Assembly: GCA_016872605.1 (NCBI GenBank)
Contig: VGZI01000002.1
Location: 8,089 to 72,088 of the forward strand
Length of the DNA: 64,000 nucleotides
Direction: 5' to 3'
From: Planctomycetota bacterium
GTDB taxonomy: Bacteria > Planctomycetota > Planctomycetia > Gemmatales > Gemmataceae
Positions 53,381 to 62,760 of this stretch are shown in pieces; the first letter of the stretch is position 1, and the number at the start of each line of letters is the position of its first letter. Made by a program: the position numbers and the translations under genes. The notes under the pieces were generated by a model. That model ran no database searches and was not told the DNA's origin. It saw only the letters and a list, made by a program, of their open reading frames with translations.

Positions 53381-56300
53381 ATGAAGTCCATCCGCCAATT
53401 GTCGTGGCTTGTCGCCGCCGTTCTGGCCATCGGTACCGCGTCGAGCGCCGTCGCTCAGCAAACCGACGACCTCCGCGATCAGCAGGAACGCCAACGCCAA
53501 GTGCAAGCGCAGACCGACCAGGTCGTCAAGCGCCTCAGCACGATGCTTCGCGTGATGCAGTTCTACGGCATCGAATCGGTTGAAGTGAAGCAGCAGATGC
53601 AAGAGATGTCCGGTGCGTTGGCCTCGCTCAGCAAAGAGCAGATGGAAGAAGTCATCCGCCAGCTCGAAACTGCCGCGGTGGCCAAGACCGAGAAGCAGTC
53701 CGATGAGGCCTACGCTCGTGCCAAAGAGACGCATCGCAAGGTGCTCGATGAGTTGCACGCCCTCAGCATGCGATTCCACAGTGTCAAGAGCCTCGAAAAA
53801 GCCGCTGACGATTTCGATCGTTACGCCAAGCAACAGTTGGAGCTTCACCTCCGTTCGACTCGGCCATTGCAGGACGTTCATGAACTCGCCAAGGACGATC
53901 TTCCGGCCACCGTGCGTCAGATCCTGCTCAAGCGCATGCTCAATCAAGGCGATGTGATGGTCGATCAGAGCCACAAGCAGAAGACGCTGCACGGCGACGT
54001 GAACCGCCTGATTCAGCACGTGCACAATCTCGCCGCCGGCAAAGTCGACGGCGAAAAGAAGGGCGAGAAGCTGTCGCTGAACGAGGAGCAAAAGACGCGA
54101 GTCAAGGCGATGGACAAGCTTATCGCTGACTACCGGCTGACCGACAATATCTGGATCGCGTCGCAGAAGCTGCTGACAAAGGGCGACCCGCGTTTCCGCA
54201 TCCCAAGCTATCAGGAAGCCAACGACAAACAATGGAAGAGCGCTCAGCAAATGCGCGAGATCGCTCGCGTGCTGCGCGTCCCCGGCGACGCTCTTGATGT
54301 TCTGAGAGAAGCCAGCAAGAAGGTCGAAGAAGCGATCGTCAAGCAAGAAGATCTCAAACAGGAGATCGCCAAGCAAGAAGAAGATCGTAAGATCGCCGAG
54401 AAGAAGGAGAAGGACAAAGCGGCCAATGAACAGCCCAAGGACCCGAACAAGCTCGTCATTCCAGGCCTGGAACAATTGCCGAAGTTGACACCAGCGCAGG
54501 TGAAAACCGCCGAAGCGAAGGCCGCCCTCGAGAAAGCCAGCGCGGACGCCACCAATGCCGAGAAGAACGCCAAGCTCGCCGAGAAGCAAGCGCAGATCGC
54601 CTTCGACACCAAGGATACCGCCAGTCTCGTCAAACCGATCGCCGATCAGGCGGCCAAGAAGTTGGAATCCGCTGAGCAAGTAATGAAGGCGGCCAAGGAA
54701 AACATCGTCAAGAACGAAACGATCAAGGCGGTCGACCCTCTAGGCAAGGCGACCGACGAGTTGAAGGCTGCCAAGGCCGAACTCGACAAGATGATCGCTG
54801 CCGCCGAGAAGGCCAAGGTCGATCCGCTCGCCGCCGTCAAGAACGCCATCGACAAGCTCGACAACATCATTCAAGAACAAACGAAGAATCGCGACGACAC
54901 CAAGGCCACCGTCGGCGACAAGCAGAACCTCAAGCTGCCCGAGCTTGCCGACACGCAGAAGCAACTCGCCAACAAGACCGAGGATGTCAAGAACGCGGCG
55001 CTGCCCAACAAAGAGAAAGTCGAGAACGCCCTGGCCAAAGCGACCGACGCCATGAAGCAAGCCGCCAAGAATCTCGACAACAAAAAGTCCCCGGAAGCCG
55101 TGGCCAAGCAAGACATGGCTCTGGAAAACCTGAAGCAAGCTCGCAATGAGCTGGTCGAAAAGGCTGCCGAAATCGAAAAACGCATGGCCGACATCGCCAA
55201 GCTCGAAGACGCGGAAAAGAAGCTCGGCGATTTGTCCAAACAAGAAAAGAACATCGCCAATGACGCGGCCAAGAACGCCCAGCAGGCCAAGGCCGATCCC
55301 ATGGCCAATAAAGAGTTGGCCAAGGAGCAAGCCGGATTGACGCCGAAAGCGAATGAGATCGCCAAGGAAGTCAACAGCGCCGCTCCTAAGGCGGCCGAGA
55401 AGATCGGCGAAAGCACCAAGAACATGGAGGCGGCCAAGAACGCGCTGGACAAGAACGATGCCAAGCCGGGCGCCGATCAAGCGAAGCAAGCCGCTCAAAA
55501 GCTCGACGATGCCGCGAAGGAACTGAAAAACGCCATCGCCGATCTCAAGGGCAAGCAAGCCGCCGACGAGATCGCCATGCAGAAGAACACTGATCCGGCC
55601 GCGGCTGCCAAGCAAATCGCCGAAGCAATCAAGGAGGCCCAGAAAGCTGCCGACGCCGCCAAGCAAGCCGCCGACACCGCCAAGGCCGACCCGATGCTGG
55701 CAAAAGCCGACCCGATGAATCCGAATCAGCCGATGGGGCCGGATGCCAAGGCGGACCTCGCCAAGCAACAAGCCGAGATCGCCAAGCAAGCCGAAGCCGC
55801 CAAGCTCCCCGAAGCCGCCAAGGAAGCCCAGAAGGCGGCTGAAGCGATCAAGGCCGGCGACATTCAAAAGGCGCTCGAGAAGCAGGCGAACGCGCTGAAG
55901 CAGTTGCAAGAAGCCGCCAAGAACAATCCGATGCCTCAGGGCGACCCGATGAAGGGCGACCCGATGGCAGCGAAGGGCGATCCAATGAAGGGTGACCCCA
56001 TGAAGGGCGATCCGATGGCAGCGAAGGGCGACCCGATGAAGGGTGACCCCATGAAGGGCGATCCGATGGCCGCGAAGCCGGGCGATGCCAAGCCGGCTGG
56101 CGAAGCCAAGAAGGGGGACATGCCGGCGCAGGCCAAAGAGAACATGGCCCAACCGGGCGAAGCCAAAGGTAACGAGCCGATGGCCAAGGGCGACCAGCCG
56201 ATGGGCCAGGCCAAGCCGCAGCAAGCGCCGATGAAGGGCGATCAGCCGATGGCCCAGGCCAAGGGGGATCAACCGAAGGGCCCGATGGCCGGCGGCGACA

Positions 56301-57397
56301 AGCCGATGGCTCAGGCCAAGCCCGATCAGCCCAAGCAAGGTGGCCAGCCGATGGCCAAGGGCGATCAGCCCAAGGCCGGTGAGGCTAAGGCGGGCGAAGC
56401 CAAGGCTGCGCAAGCCAAGGCCGATCCGATGGGTGGTCAGCCGATGGCGCAGGCCAAGCCCGGCGCCGATCAACCGAAGGGCGACCCGATGGCGGCGAAG
56501 GGCGACCCAATGGGCGGCCAGCCCATGGCGCAAGCCAAGGGCGATCCGATGGCCGGCCAAAAGGGCGACAAGGGTATGGGGCAAGGCGACAAGGGCATGG
56601 GCCAAGGTCAGGGACAAGGCAAAGGTCAAGGCCAGCCTCAGCCTGGTCAACTTGCTCAGCAACAAAAGCAATTGATGGACGCGACCAAAGCGCTCGGCCA
56701 ATCGCAGGAAGCGACGCAAGCCGCCCAGGCCGCTCTCGCGCAAGCCCAAGCGCAGGCGCCGCAAGCCGTGCAGCCGCAGTTGCAGCAAGCTCAGCAACAA
56801 CTGCAGCAGGCCCAGCAGAATCTGCAGCAAGGCCAGCCAGGACAAGCCGGTCAGGCTCAGCAGCAGGCTGCCGATCAACTAGGCCAGGCGCTGCAAGCCC
56901 TCGAAAACGCTCTCGGTCAGCAACCGGGCCAGCAGTCCGCAAAGGCAGACCCCGGCATGGGCCAGGGCGACAAGGGCATGGGCCAAGGTGACAAAGGCAT
57001 GGGCAAGGGCATGGGTGAAGGCCAGGGCATGGGCGAGGGTCAAGGCATGGGCGAGGGTCAAGGCATGGGCCAAGGTCAAGGCCAAGCTCAAGGACAAGGC
57101 CAGGGCCAGGGCAAGAGCGACAAGCAGGGCAAGGGCAATGAGATGAACACTGCCAAGGGCGAAGGCAACCGCCAGGCCGACGGCAATGTCAGCAACAAGA
57201 AGTCGCAGCTCAACGACGTCACCGGCGACGGTAGCTTCCTCCACCTGCCGCCGCGCCAGCGCGAAATCATCCGGGCGGCGATGAGCGGCAACTTGCCTCC
57301 GGAGTACGCCCAGATGATTCAGCAGTACTACATCAACATCGCGCGCGGCCGTCCCGCCTCCGGCACCGCGCCGGCTGCCCCGCCGATGCCCAAGTAA
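53381..57397 (+). CDS. Giant secreted coiled-coil, low-complexity protein with Met-rich repeats (DUF4175-like C-terminus)
   Basis: Signal peptide, about 750 aa rich in Ala/Lys/Glu/Gln, then GDPM/QPM/KGMGQG repeats. C-terminal LPPRQREIIRAAMSGNLPPEYAQMIQQYYINIA. Confidence 0.75.
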   Translation: MKSIRQLSWLVAAVLAIGTASSAVAQQTDDLRDQQERQRQVQAQTDQVVKRLSTMLRVMQFYGIESVEVKQQMQEMSGALASLSKEQMEEVIRQLETAAVAKTEKQSDEAYARAKETHRKVLDELHALSMRFHSVKSLEKAADDFDRYAKQQLELHLRSTRPLQDVHELAKDDLPATVRQILLKRMLNQGDVMVDQSHKQKTLHGDVNRLIQHVHNLAAGKVDGEKKGEKLSLNEEQKTRVKAMDKLIADYRLTDNIWIASQKLLTKGDPRFRIPSYQEANDKQWKSAQQMREIARVLRVPGDALDVLREASKKVEEAIVKQEDLKQEIAKQEEDRKIAEKKEKDKAANEQPKDPNKLVIPGLEQLPKLTPAQVKTAEAKAALEKASADATNAEKNAKLAEKQAQIAFDTKDTASLVKPIADQAAKKLESAEQVMKAAKENIVKNETIKAVDPLGKATDELKAAKAELDKMIAAAEKAKVDPLAAVKNAIDKLDNIIQEQTKNRDDTKATVGDKQNLKLPELADTQKQLANKTEDVKNAALPNKEKVENALAKATDAMKQAAKNLDNKKSPEAVAKQDMALENLKQARNELVEKAAEIEKRMADIAKLEDAEKKLGDLSKQEKNIANDAAKNAQQAKADPMANKELAKEQAGLTPKANEIAKEVNSAAPKAAEKIGESTKNMEAAKNALDKNDAKPGADQAKQAAQKLDDAAKELKNAIADLKGKQAADEIAMQKNTDPAAAAKQIAEAIKEAQKAADAAKQAADTAKADPMLAKADPMNPNQPMGPDAKADLAKQQAEIAKQAEAAKLPEAAKEAQKAAEAIKAGDIQKALEKQANALKQLQEAAKNNPMPQGDPMKGDPMAAKGDPMKGDPMKGDPMAAKGDPMKGDPMKGDPMAAKPGDAKPAGEAKKGDMPAQAKENMAQPGEAKGNEPMAKGDQPMGQAKPQQAPMKGDQPMAQAKGDQPKGPMAGGDKPMAQAKPDQPKQGGQPMAKGDQPKAGEAKAGEAKAAQAKADPMGGQPMAQAKPGADQPKGDPMAAKGDPMGGQPMAQAKGDPMAGQKGDKGMGQGDKGMGQGQGQGKGQGQPQPGQLAQQQKQLMDATKALGQSQEATQAAQAALAQAQAQAPQAVQPQLQQAQQQLQQAQQNLQQGQPGQAGQAQQQAADQLGQALQALENALGQQPGQQSAKADPGMGQGDKGMGQGDKGMGKGMGEGQGMGEGQGMGEGQGMGQGQGQAQGQGQGQGKSDKQGKGNEMNTAKGEGNRQADGNVSNKKSQLNDVTGDGSFLHLPPRQREIIRAAMSGNLPPEYAQMIQQYYINIARGRPASGTAPAAPPMPK
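55939..56076 (+). repeat. In-frame tandem repeat (15/21-nt subunits, 51-nt higher-order unit) encoding (KGDPM)n/GDPMAAK
   Basis: 55975-56025 and 56026-56076 are near-identical 51-nt units, preceded by a partial unit starting at 55939. Confidence 0.85.
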
Positions 57398-57416
57398 GTT
57401 CTCACCGATTAGCCTT

Positions 57417-57488
57417 GTTTAGCCCCGCCTCGTAGAGGTGGGCGGAAGTAACGCAACGACCGCCCGCCTCTTCGAGGCGGGGCTAAAC
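57417..57488. repeat. Inverted repeat with 29-bp arms (two mismatches), each arm containing its own mini-hairpin
   Basis: GTTTAGCCCCGCCTCGTAGAGGTGGGCGG, 14 nt, CCGCCCGCCTCTTCGAGGCGGGGCTAAAC. Confidence 0.9.
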
Positions 57489-57508
57489 ATTTTCCCGAGT
57501 GGCTTCCT

Positions 57509-58537
57509 ATGCGCTTTCTCATCCTGTCGATCGTTTTCACCATCACCTCCGCCGGTGTGGCCGCCCAGGAGAAGGAAAAAAAAGTCGAAATGGATGAGGC
57601 CACCAAGAAGGCCACGGCCAAGGCTCTCGCTTGGCTCAAGAATCGGCAGAATCCCGACGGATCATTTTCCGACGGCGCCTACGCCCACAATACGGCCATC
57701 ACGGCTTACGCCATGCTCGCCTTCATGTCACAGGGACACCTGCCGGGCCAAGGGACGTATGGCCCCGAAGTCGCCAAGGCCGGCCGATTCCTGGTCGCTG
57801 CCCAGCGCGAGATCGATGGCTATCTGGTCGGCGCTCGCGGGGGCAACATGTATTGCCACGCGATGGCGACGCTGGCCCTTGCCGAACTCTATGGCCAAAC
57901 CGGCGACGACGCGCTCAAGCCCGTCGTCAAGAAAGCGACCGATCTCATCGTTCGTTCGCAGGCGCCCAACGGGGGCTGGCGCTATGAACCCCACCCGACA
58001 GGCGCCGACATCTCGGTAACCATTATGCAAGTGATGGCCCTGCGCGCCGCCAAGAACTCCGGTCTGCACGTGCCCGACACCACAATGAAAAAGGCGCTTG
58101 CTTATATCAATTCGTGTTATCGACCGCAGGCAGGTGGCTTCGCCTATATGCCTGGCAGCACGCCCGGCTTCGCTCGCACCGCCGCCGGCGTCTGCGTTCT
58201 CTATCTCGCGGGTGAATACAACGACGACCGCCTCAAGAAAATGCGCGATGAGAAGAAGCCGAACCCCGTCGACTACCTGCACCGCCACTTTGAGTCGCCG
58301 ATTCACTTCTACTACGGCCATTACTACGCCGCCCACGCAATGCACCAGGTCGGCGGCAAGGACTGGGAGGAGTGGTACGGCCGACTTGTAAAGTACTTCG
58401 TCGCCTCCGGCATCCAGCAACAAGACGGCAGCTGGTCCACGACGCGCCACCGGGAAGTCGGGCCCGTTTACCAAACCAGCATTGCGGTCATCATCCTCTC
58501 GGTGCCGGCGCACTATCTGCCCATCTTCCAACGATAA
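57509..58537 (+). CDS. Prenyltransferase/squalene-oxidase-repeat (terpenoid cyclase-like) secreted protein
   Basis: Signal peptide, and motifs WLKNRQNPDGSF and RSQAPNGGWRY typical of this repeat family. Confidence 0.78.
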   Translation: MRFLILSIVFTITSAGVAAQEKEKKVEMDEATKKATAKALAWLKNRQNPDGSFSDGAYAHNTAITAYAMLAFMSQGHLPGQGTYGPEVAKAGRFLVAAQREIDGYLVGARGGNMYCHAMATLALAELYGQTGDDALKPVVKKATDLIVRSQAPNGGWRYEPHPTGADISVTIMQVMALRAAKNSGLHVPDTTMKKALAYINSCYRPQAGGFAYMPGSTPGFARTAAGVCVLYLAGEYNDDRLKKMRDEKKPNPVDYLHRHFESPIHFYYGHYYAAHAMHQVGGKDWEEWYGRLVKYFVASGIQQQDGSWSTTRHREVGPVYQTSIAVIILSVPAHYLPIFQR

Positions 58538-58909
58538 TCGCGCAGTGGGCGCCAGAAAGTCAACGGCCAACAGATTGCTGCAGACAGTACTCGTCGCATG
58601 GCGTGGCGTCTTTTCAATGTGCCGCGGCAGTGAAGATTCACCCCGTCGGTTGGTGCGATTCTTTCTCGCCGACGTCCGACCGTCAGAAAGTGACATCGTA
58701 CGCGTCTGCTCCTCGGCCCACGCAGCACATTGCGAATTCAACGAAGAATTGCCGGACCACGTGCTCACGTCGAGTTGAGCATCTGCTTGCCCGGCCCCGT
58801 GCGAGGCATGAACCCGGAAGCGGCGCACTGCGTATTCGGAACAGCGATTACAAAACAACAAACCGGCCGGTGGCTTGGCACGGCTCGCCGACTCGTTCAT
58901 GCTGATGCG

Positions 58910-58939
58910 TTGACAGAATGCCGACTTAGCGGGTAAGAT
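58910..58939 (+). promoter_or_regulatory. Sigma70-like promoter candidate for the kinase gene
   Basis: TTGACA, 18-nt spacer, TAAGAT, about 48 nt upstream of the ATG at 58987. Confidence 0.4.
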
Positions 58940-58986
58940 AAAGGTAATCGTGCATCGCTTACCCGCACCCTTGCTTTCGGTTCGCC

Positions 58987-61900
58987 ATGACTGAGGAAAC
59001 GAACCACAAATCGGCCCCGCAGCGAACCGAGCGAATCGGCAGGTATGAGATCCTCGATCATATCGCCACCGGCGGGATGGGGGTCATCTACAAGGCGCGC
59101 GATGTCGATCTCGATCGCCTCGTCGCGCTCAAGATTCTACCCCCCGACCTGGCCGACCAGCAAACGACGCTCATTCGCTTTCAGCGTGAAGCCAGGGCGG
59201 CGGCCCAGCTTCGGCACGACAACATCGTCTCGATCTTTGACGTCGGCGAAGCGGACGGAATGTACTACATCGCGCTCGAATTCGTCGAAGGCACCGACCT
59301 CCAAGACTACATCACCCGCAACTGCAAGCTCGATCCGGAGGAAGCTCGCCAGATCATGATCCAGGCGACGCGGGCGCTCGTTCACGCCCACGAGCAGGGC
59401 ATCGTCCATCGCGACATCAAGCCGTCCAACCTGATGCTGACGCGCAAAGGCAACCGCCTCATCGTCAAGCTCACCGACTTCGGCCTGGCGATTCGCCACG
59501 AGAACGACGCCGAGTTCCGCATCACCAAAGACAAGACAACAGTCGGCACCGTCGATTACATGTCGCCGGAGCAGGCGTGCGACAGCCGATCGGCCGACAT
59601 TCGCAGCGACATCTATTCGCTCGGTTGCACGTTCTATCACATGTTGGCCGGGCAGGCGCCGTTCGCGAAGGGGACGCTGCCGGAGCGCATCATTCATCAC
59701 ATGAGGACGCTGCCGCCGGACGTGCGGAAGTTCAACAAGATTGTGCCTGAGGCGTTTGTCGTCATTATCAATCGCATGCTGGCCAAAAAGCCGGACGAGC
59801 GGTATCAGACGCCGTCGGAGTTGCTCAGCGATCTGGAGCATCCGGATCAGGTCGCGCCGCCGGAGAAAAATGGGACGCCGTCCGGCAGAACGGCAAAGAA
59901 GCGCGAGCCGACGCAGGTGATCGATCAAACGGAGGTTGAAGCAACGCCTGAAGAGCCGAAACAGCTTAAAGTGTCTCGGCTGCGCAAGCGGACGCCGGGC
60001 CGCAACGGCGAAGAACCGAAGGTGAAGGACGAAGCGCCCGACGCGGCGCCGGAGAACGAGTCCCAGGAGCATTGGCCCGCGCTGGCGGGTCCGAAAAAGA
60101 AGGAGGACGACAAGCCGACGCCGCCGTGGATGATTGTCGCGGGAGCGTCGGTGGGGGTGCTGGCGTTGGTGTTGATCCTGGCAATTGCGATGGGCACTGG
60201 GAATCCGCCGCCGCCGAAGGAAATGGATCGCCCCGCGCCGCCGCCGATCGCAGCCAAGCAGAATCTTCCGATCAAGACGCCGCCGGAGCCGAAGAAAATC
60301 GACACCTCGGCGGCGAAAATGACGGTGCGTCTGCCGGAGTTGCCGGTCATCGCCCCACCGCCGGGCAACCTGGACGTGGCTGGGCTGGTGCGCGAGATTC
60401 GTGGACCGTTCGGTGCGTTCCCAGAATCGCCGCAGTCGGCGCCGGTGTTGCGCGTGAGCCGATTGATGACGCCGGGGCCGCAAGCATTTCGCACGCTTGG
60501 CGAGGCGTTTGGGGCTACCAAGGAAAACGAGTTCACGGTCATCGAAATCGCCGACAGCGGCCCGATTTTTGTGCCCAACGTGCCAAGTCTGTCGCGGCGA
60601 ACGATTCTCTTGCGCGGTGGCGATGGGCATCGTCCGCTCATCGTCTGGGATGTGCCGAACCGTGCCGCCCCGGACAAGACGCCGTCGGCCCTGTGCACGC
60701 TGGCGCAGGGAAAACTGATCCTCGAGAAGGCCGATCTCGTCGCTCGATGGACCAGCAACTCGCCCGGCGCGATCTTCGATCTGCCCGAAACCGATTTCTA
60801 TGCACGAGAGTGTACGTTCTCGCTCACGGGAAAGTCGAAGGACGGCTTCGCTCTGGTGCAACGAACGCGAACGCAGAAGACCGAGGGCGGCCGAGCGGCA
60901 CAGACATGGTTCAAGCGCTGCTTCGTGCGTGGCCCCAACGCTTCGCTTGTTCGCTCGCACGAGACCGCTGCCGAGGTGTTGCTTGACGAATCGCTCGTCG
61001 TGGTAGATCAGCATCCGATATTCGATTTGCGCGGCAAGACGCTCGACGCGTTTAACCTGTCTTGCATGCGTTCGTCCCTGATCGCGGGGCAAGTCATGCT
61101 GCGCTGGCAGTCGATGGGAGGAGCGAGCGTCGATGCGCCGATCGCCGTGAAGATGCTCGACTCGATCGTAAGTTGCGACGACATCACGAGCAGTCAGGGG
61201 GACATGGTGCAGATCGTCGATGGCGGATTGTCGGTGATGCGTTGGCGTGGCGTCAACTGCGTGTATGCGGGCTGGAAGCAACTGGCGAAGTCCGATTCCA
61301 AGAGCATCGGCGGGACCGATTTGGCGGGATGGCAAGCTCAAGTCGGCAACCCCGCAGGCGAGCAAGCGCTGGGAGAACGCTGGCCCGCCAGTCCGCCTTC
61401 GGGACTTGAGGAGCAACCGGCGTCGACGTTCTTGCCGGGCGAAGCGCCCGTGGCGCACGTTGCGCTCGGTGGCGCCGGATCGATTGGGGCGGTCGTCGGC
61501 TGGCTACCGCCGGTGCCCGAGGAGTGGCTCCAACGCACCTATGAGCAGCGCGTCTTGGCTGGCGTCCCTTTCGCCGACCCGGAACCGCCGGCAATTCCAC
61601 TCGCCAAGGACAATCTTTATCATGGCGAGCGGATCGATCTTTCGAAGGGCGGCGATCTGGGCGCGTATCTTAGTGGAGTGCTGCACCGCGAGAAGGACCG
61701 GTTGGCGCCACGCATCGTCGTCCGCATCACCGGGCGGGGCCCAACTCCAACGAGTCCGATTCGCTTTGGCGATGGCAGGGACGTCGTTTTGTATTTCGAG
61801 CACGACCTGAAGGATCCAATTACGCTTGAGCCCAATGCCGAGGCCGCGTTGAAGCGTGTGCCGCTGGTTGAAATCGTCGGCGGGAATCTGGAGATCATCG

Positions 61901-62715
61901 GCGCGCGCATGCGGCTCAGCGCCGGAACTTTGGTTCCGGCGCTGATTCGTGCCGAGGACGCGAATCTGACGTTGACGCGCTGCACGCTGCAAGGACCTCA
62001 CGTGAAGGCCAACGACGGATTTTCGAGCCTGGTGACGATTTCCGGTCAATCGGCCGGTCCAACAACACTGTTGCTTCGCGACAATGTCATGATCGCCGCC
62101 AAGCTCCTGATCGACGTTCAGAACCACGCGCAGCTTAGAGCGCGGAACAACATTTTCTTGGCGCTAACCGACGGCATTCAATTCGACGTACGCAGCCTCA
62201 CGGCGCCCCTGGTACACGTTCTCGATCACAACACACTGGCGGCCAAGAATACCTTCGTGGCGCTACGAACCGGCTTGGAACCGTCCGTTCCAGGTTCCGT
62301 TCTGGTCCATGCCAATAGCAACGCGTTTCTGTTTCCTTTCTCAAGCGACGCGGACACGTCGGCGCTCGTGCGTGGAATCGATGCCTGGACATTGCGAGGC
62401 CGATTCGCCTGGCAGGGGCGCAACAACGTCTTCGACGCGCGCATGCACGCATTTGTCGGCCAGTCGGAGCGTGCGGTGGTAGCCAGGCAGACGCGGTTCG
62501 AATGGCAGACGATTTGGGGCCAACTCGGCGAGCAGGATGCCTTGTTGCTGGCCGATCCGAAAACGTTCAAGACAATTACCGTGGACGTGGGAGCGCCGAG
62601 CGCGGTGTTGCCGCAGTTGGATCGGCTGGCGTTGCCGGGCGAGTTGCGTGGCGATCGCAGCCAGCCGCCGCCCGGAGCAGACTTGACGATGCTTCTCGGA
62701 TTGAAAAAGAAGTAG
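58987..62715 (+). CDS. Ser/Thr protein kinase with one TM helix and an ~800-aa extracytoplasmic domain
   Basis: GGMGVIYKA, VALKIL, HRDIKPSNLML, DFG, SPEQ. TM helix WMIVAGASVGVLALVLILAIAM. The C-terminal region has beta-helix-like repeats. Confidence 0.9.
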   Translation: MTEETNHKSAPQRTERIGRYEILDHIATGGMGVIYKARDVDLDRLVALKILPPDLADQQTTLIRFQREARAAAQLRHDNIVSIFDVGEADGMYYIALEFVEGTDLQDYITRNCKLDPEEARQIMIQATRALVHAHEQGIVHRDIKPSNLMLTRKGNRLIVKLTDFGLAIRHENDAEFRITKDKTTVGTVDYMSPEQACDSRSADIRSDIYSLGCTFYHMLAGQAPFAKGTLPERIIHHMRTLPPDVRKFNKIVPEAFVVIINRMLAKKPDERYQTPSELLSDLEHPDQVAPPEKNGTPSGRTAKKREPTQVIDQTEVEATPEEPKQLKVSRLRKRTPGRNGEEPKVKDEAPDAAPENESQEHWPALAGPKKKEDDKPTPPWMIVAGASVGVLALVLILAIAMGTGNPPPPKEMDRPAPPPIAAKQNLPIKTPPEPKKIDTSAAKMTVRLPELPVIAPPPGNLDVAGLVREIRGPFGAFPESPQSAPVLRVSRLMTPGPQAFRTLGEAFGATKENEFTVIEIADSGPIFVPNVPSLSRRTILLRGGDGHRPLIVWDVPNRAAPDKTPSALCTLAQGKLILEKADLVARWTSNSPGAIFDLPETDFYARECTFSLTGKSKDGFALVQRTRTQKTEGGRAAQTWFKRCFVRGPNASLVRSHETAAEVLLDESLVVVDQHPIFDLRGKTLDAFNLSCMRSSLIAGQVMLRWQSMGGASVDAPIAVKMLDSIVSCDDITSSQGDMVQIVDGGLSVMRWRGVNCVYAGWKQLAKSDSKSIGGTDLAGWQAQVGNPAGEQALGERWPASPPSGLEEQPASTFLPGEAPVAHVALGGAGSIGAVVGWLPPVPEEWLQRTYEQRVLAGVPFADPEPPAIPLAKDNLYHGERIDLSKGGDLGAYLSGVLHREKDRLAPRIVVRITGRGPTPTSPIRFGDGRDVVLYFEHDLKDPITLEPNAEAALKRVPLVEIVGGNLEIIGARMRLSAGTLVPALIRAEDANLTLTRCTLQGPHVKANDGFSSLVTISGQSAGPTTLLLRDNVMIAAKLLIDVQNHAQLRARNNIFLALTDGIQFDVRSLTAPLVHVLDHNTLAAKNTFVALRTGLEPSVPGSVLVHANSNAFLFPFSSDADTSALVRGIDAWTLRGRFAWQGRNNVFDARMHAFVGQSERAVVARQTRFEWQTIWGQLGEQDALLLADPKTFKTITVDVGAPSAVLPQLDRLALPGELRGDRSQPPPGADLTMLLGLKKK

Positions 62716-62739
62716 ACCTCCCCCGCAAACGCGGGAGGT
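62716..62739 (+). terminator. Hairpin just after the kinase stop
   Basis: ACCTCCCCCGC AAAC GCGGGAGGT has a bulged stem and no T-tract. Confidence 0.3.
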
Positions 62740-62760
62740 TCGCTGGATTGGCTCGCAATA

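Noticed and set aside
54740-56878. 712-aa minus-strand ORF antisense to the giant repeat protein
   Set aside because: It is a mirror-image low-complexity ORF (Leu/Gly/Arg/His runs) produced by the GC-rich repeats. The plus-strand ORF has a signal peptide, a conserved C-terminus and an operon context.
59137-61458. 773-aa minus-strand ORF
   Set aside because: It is antisense to the Ser/Thr kinase, which has unambiguous catalytic motifs. Its composition is Arg-rich with no domains.
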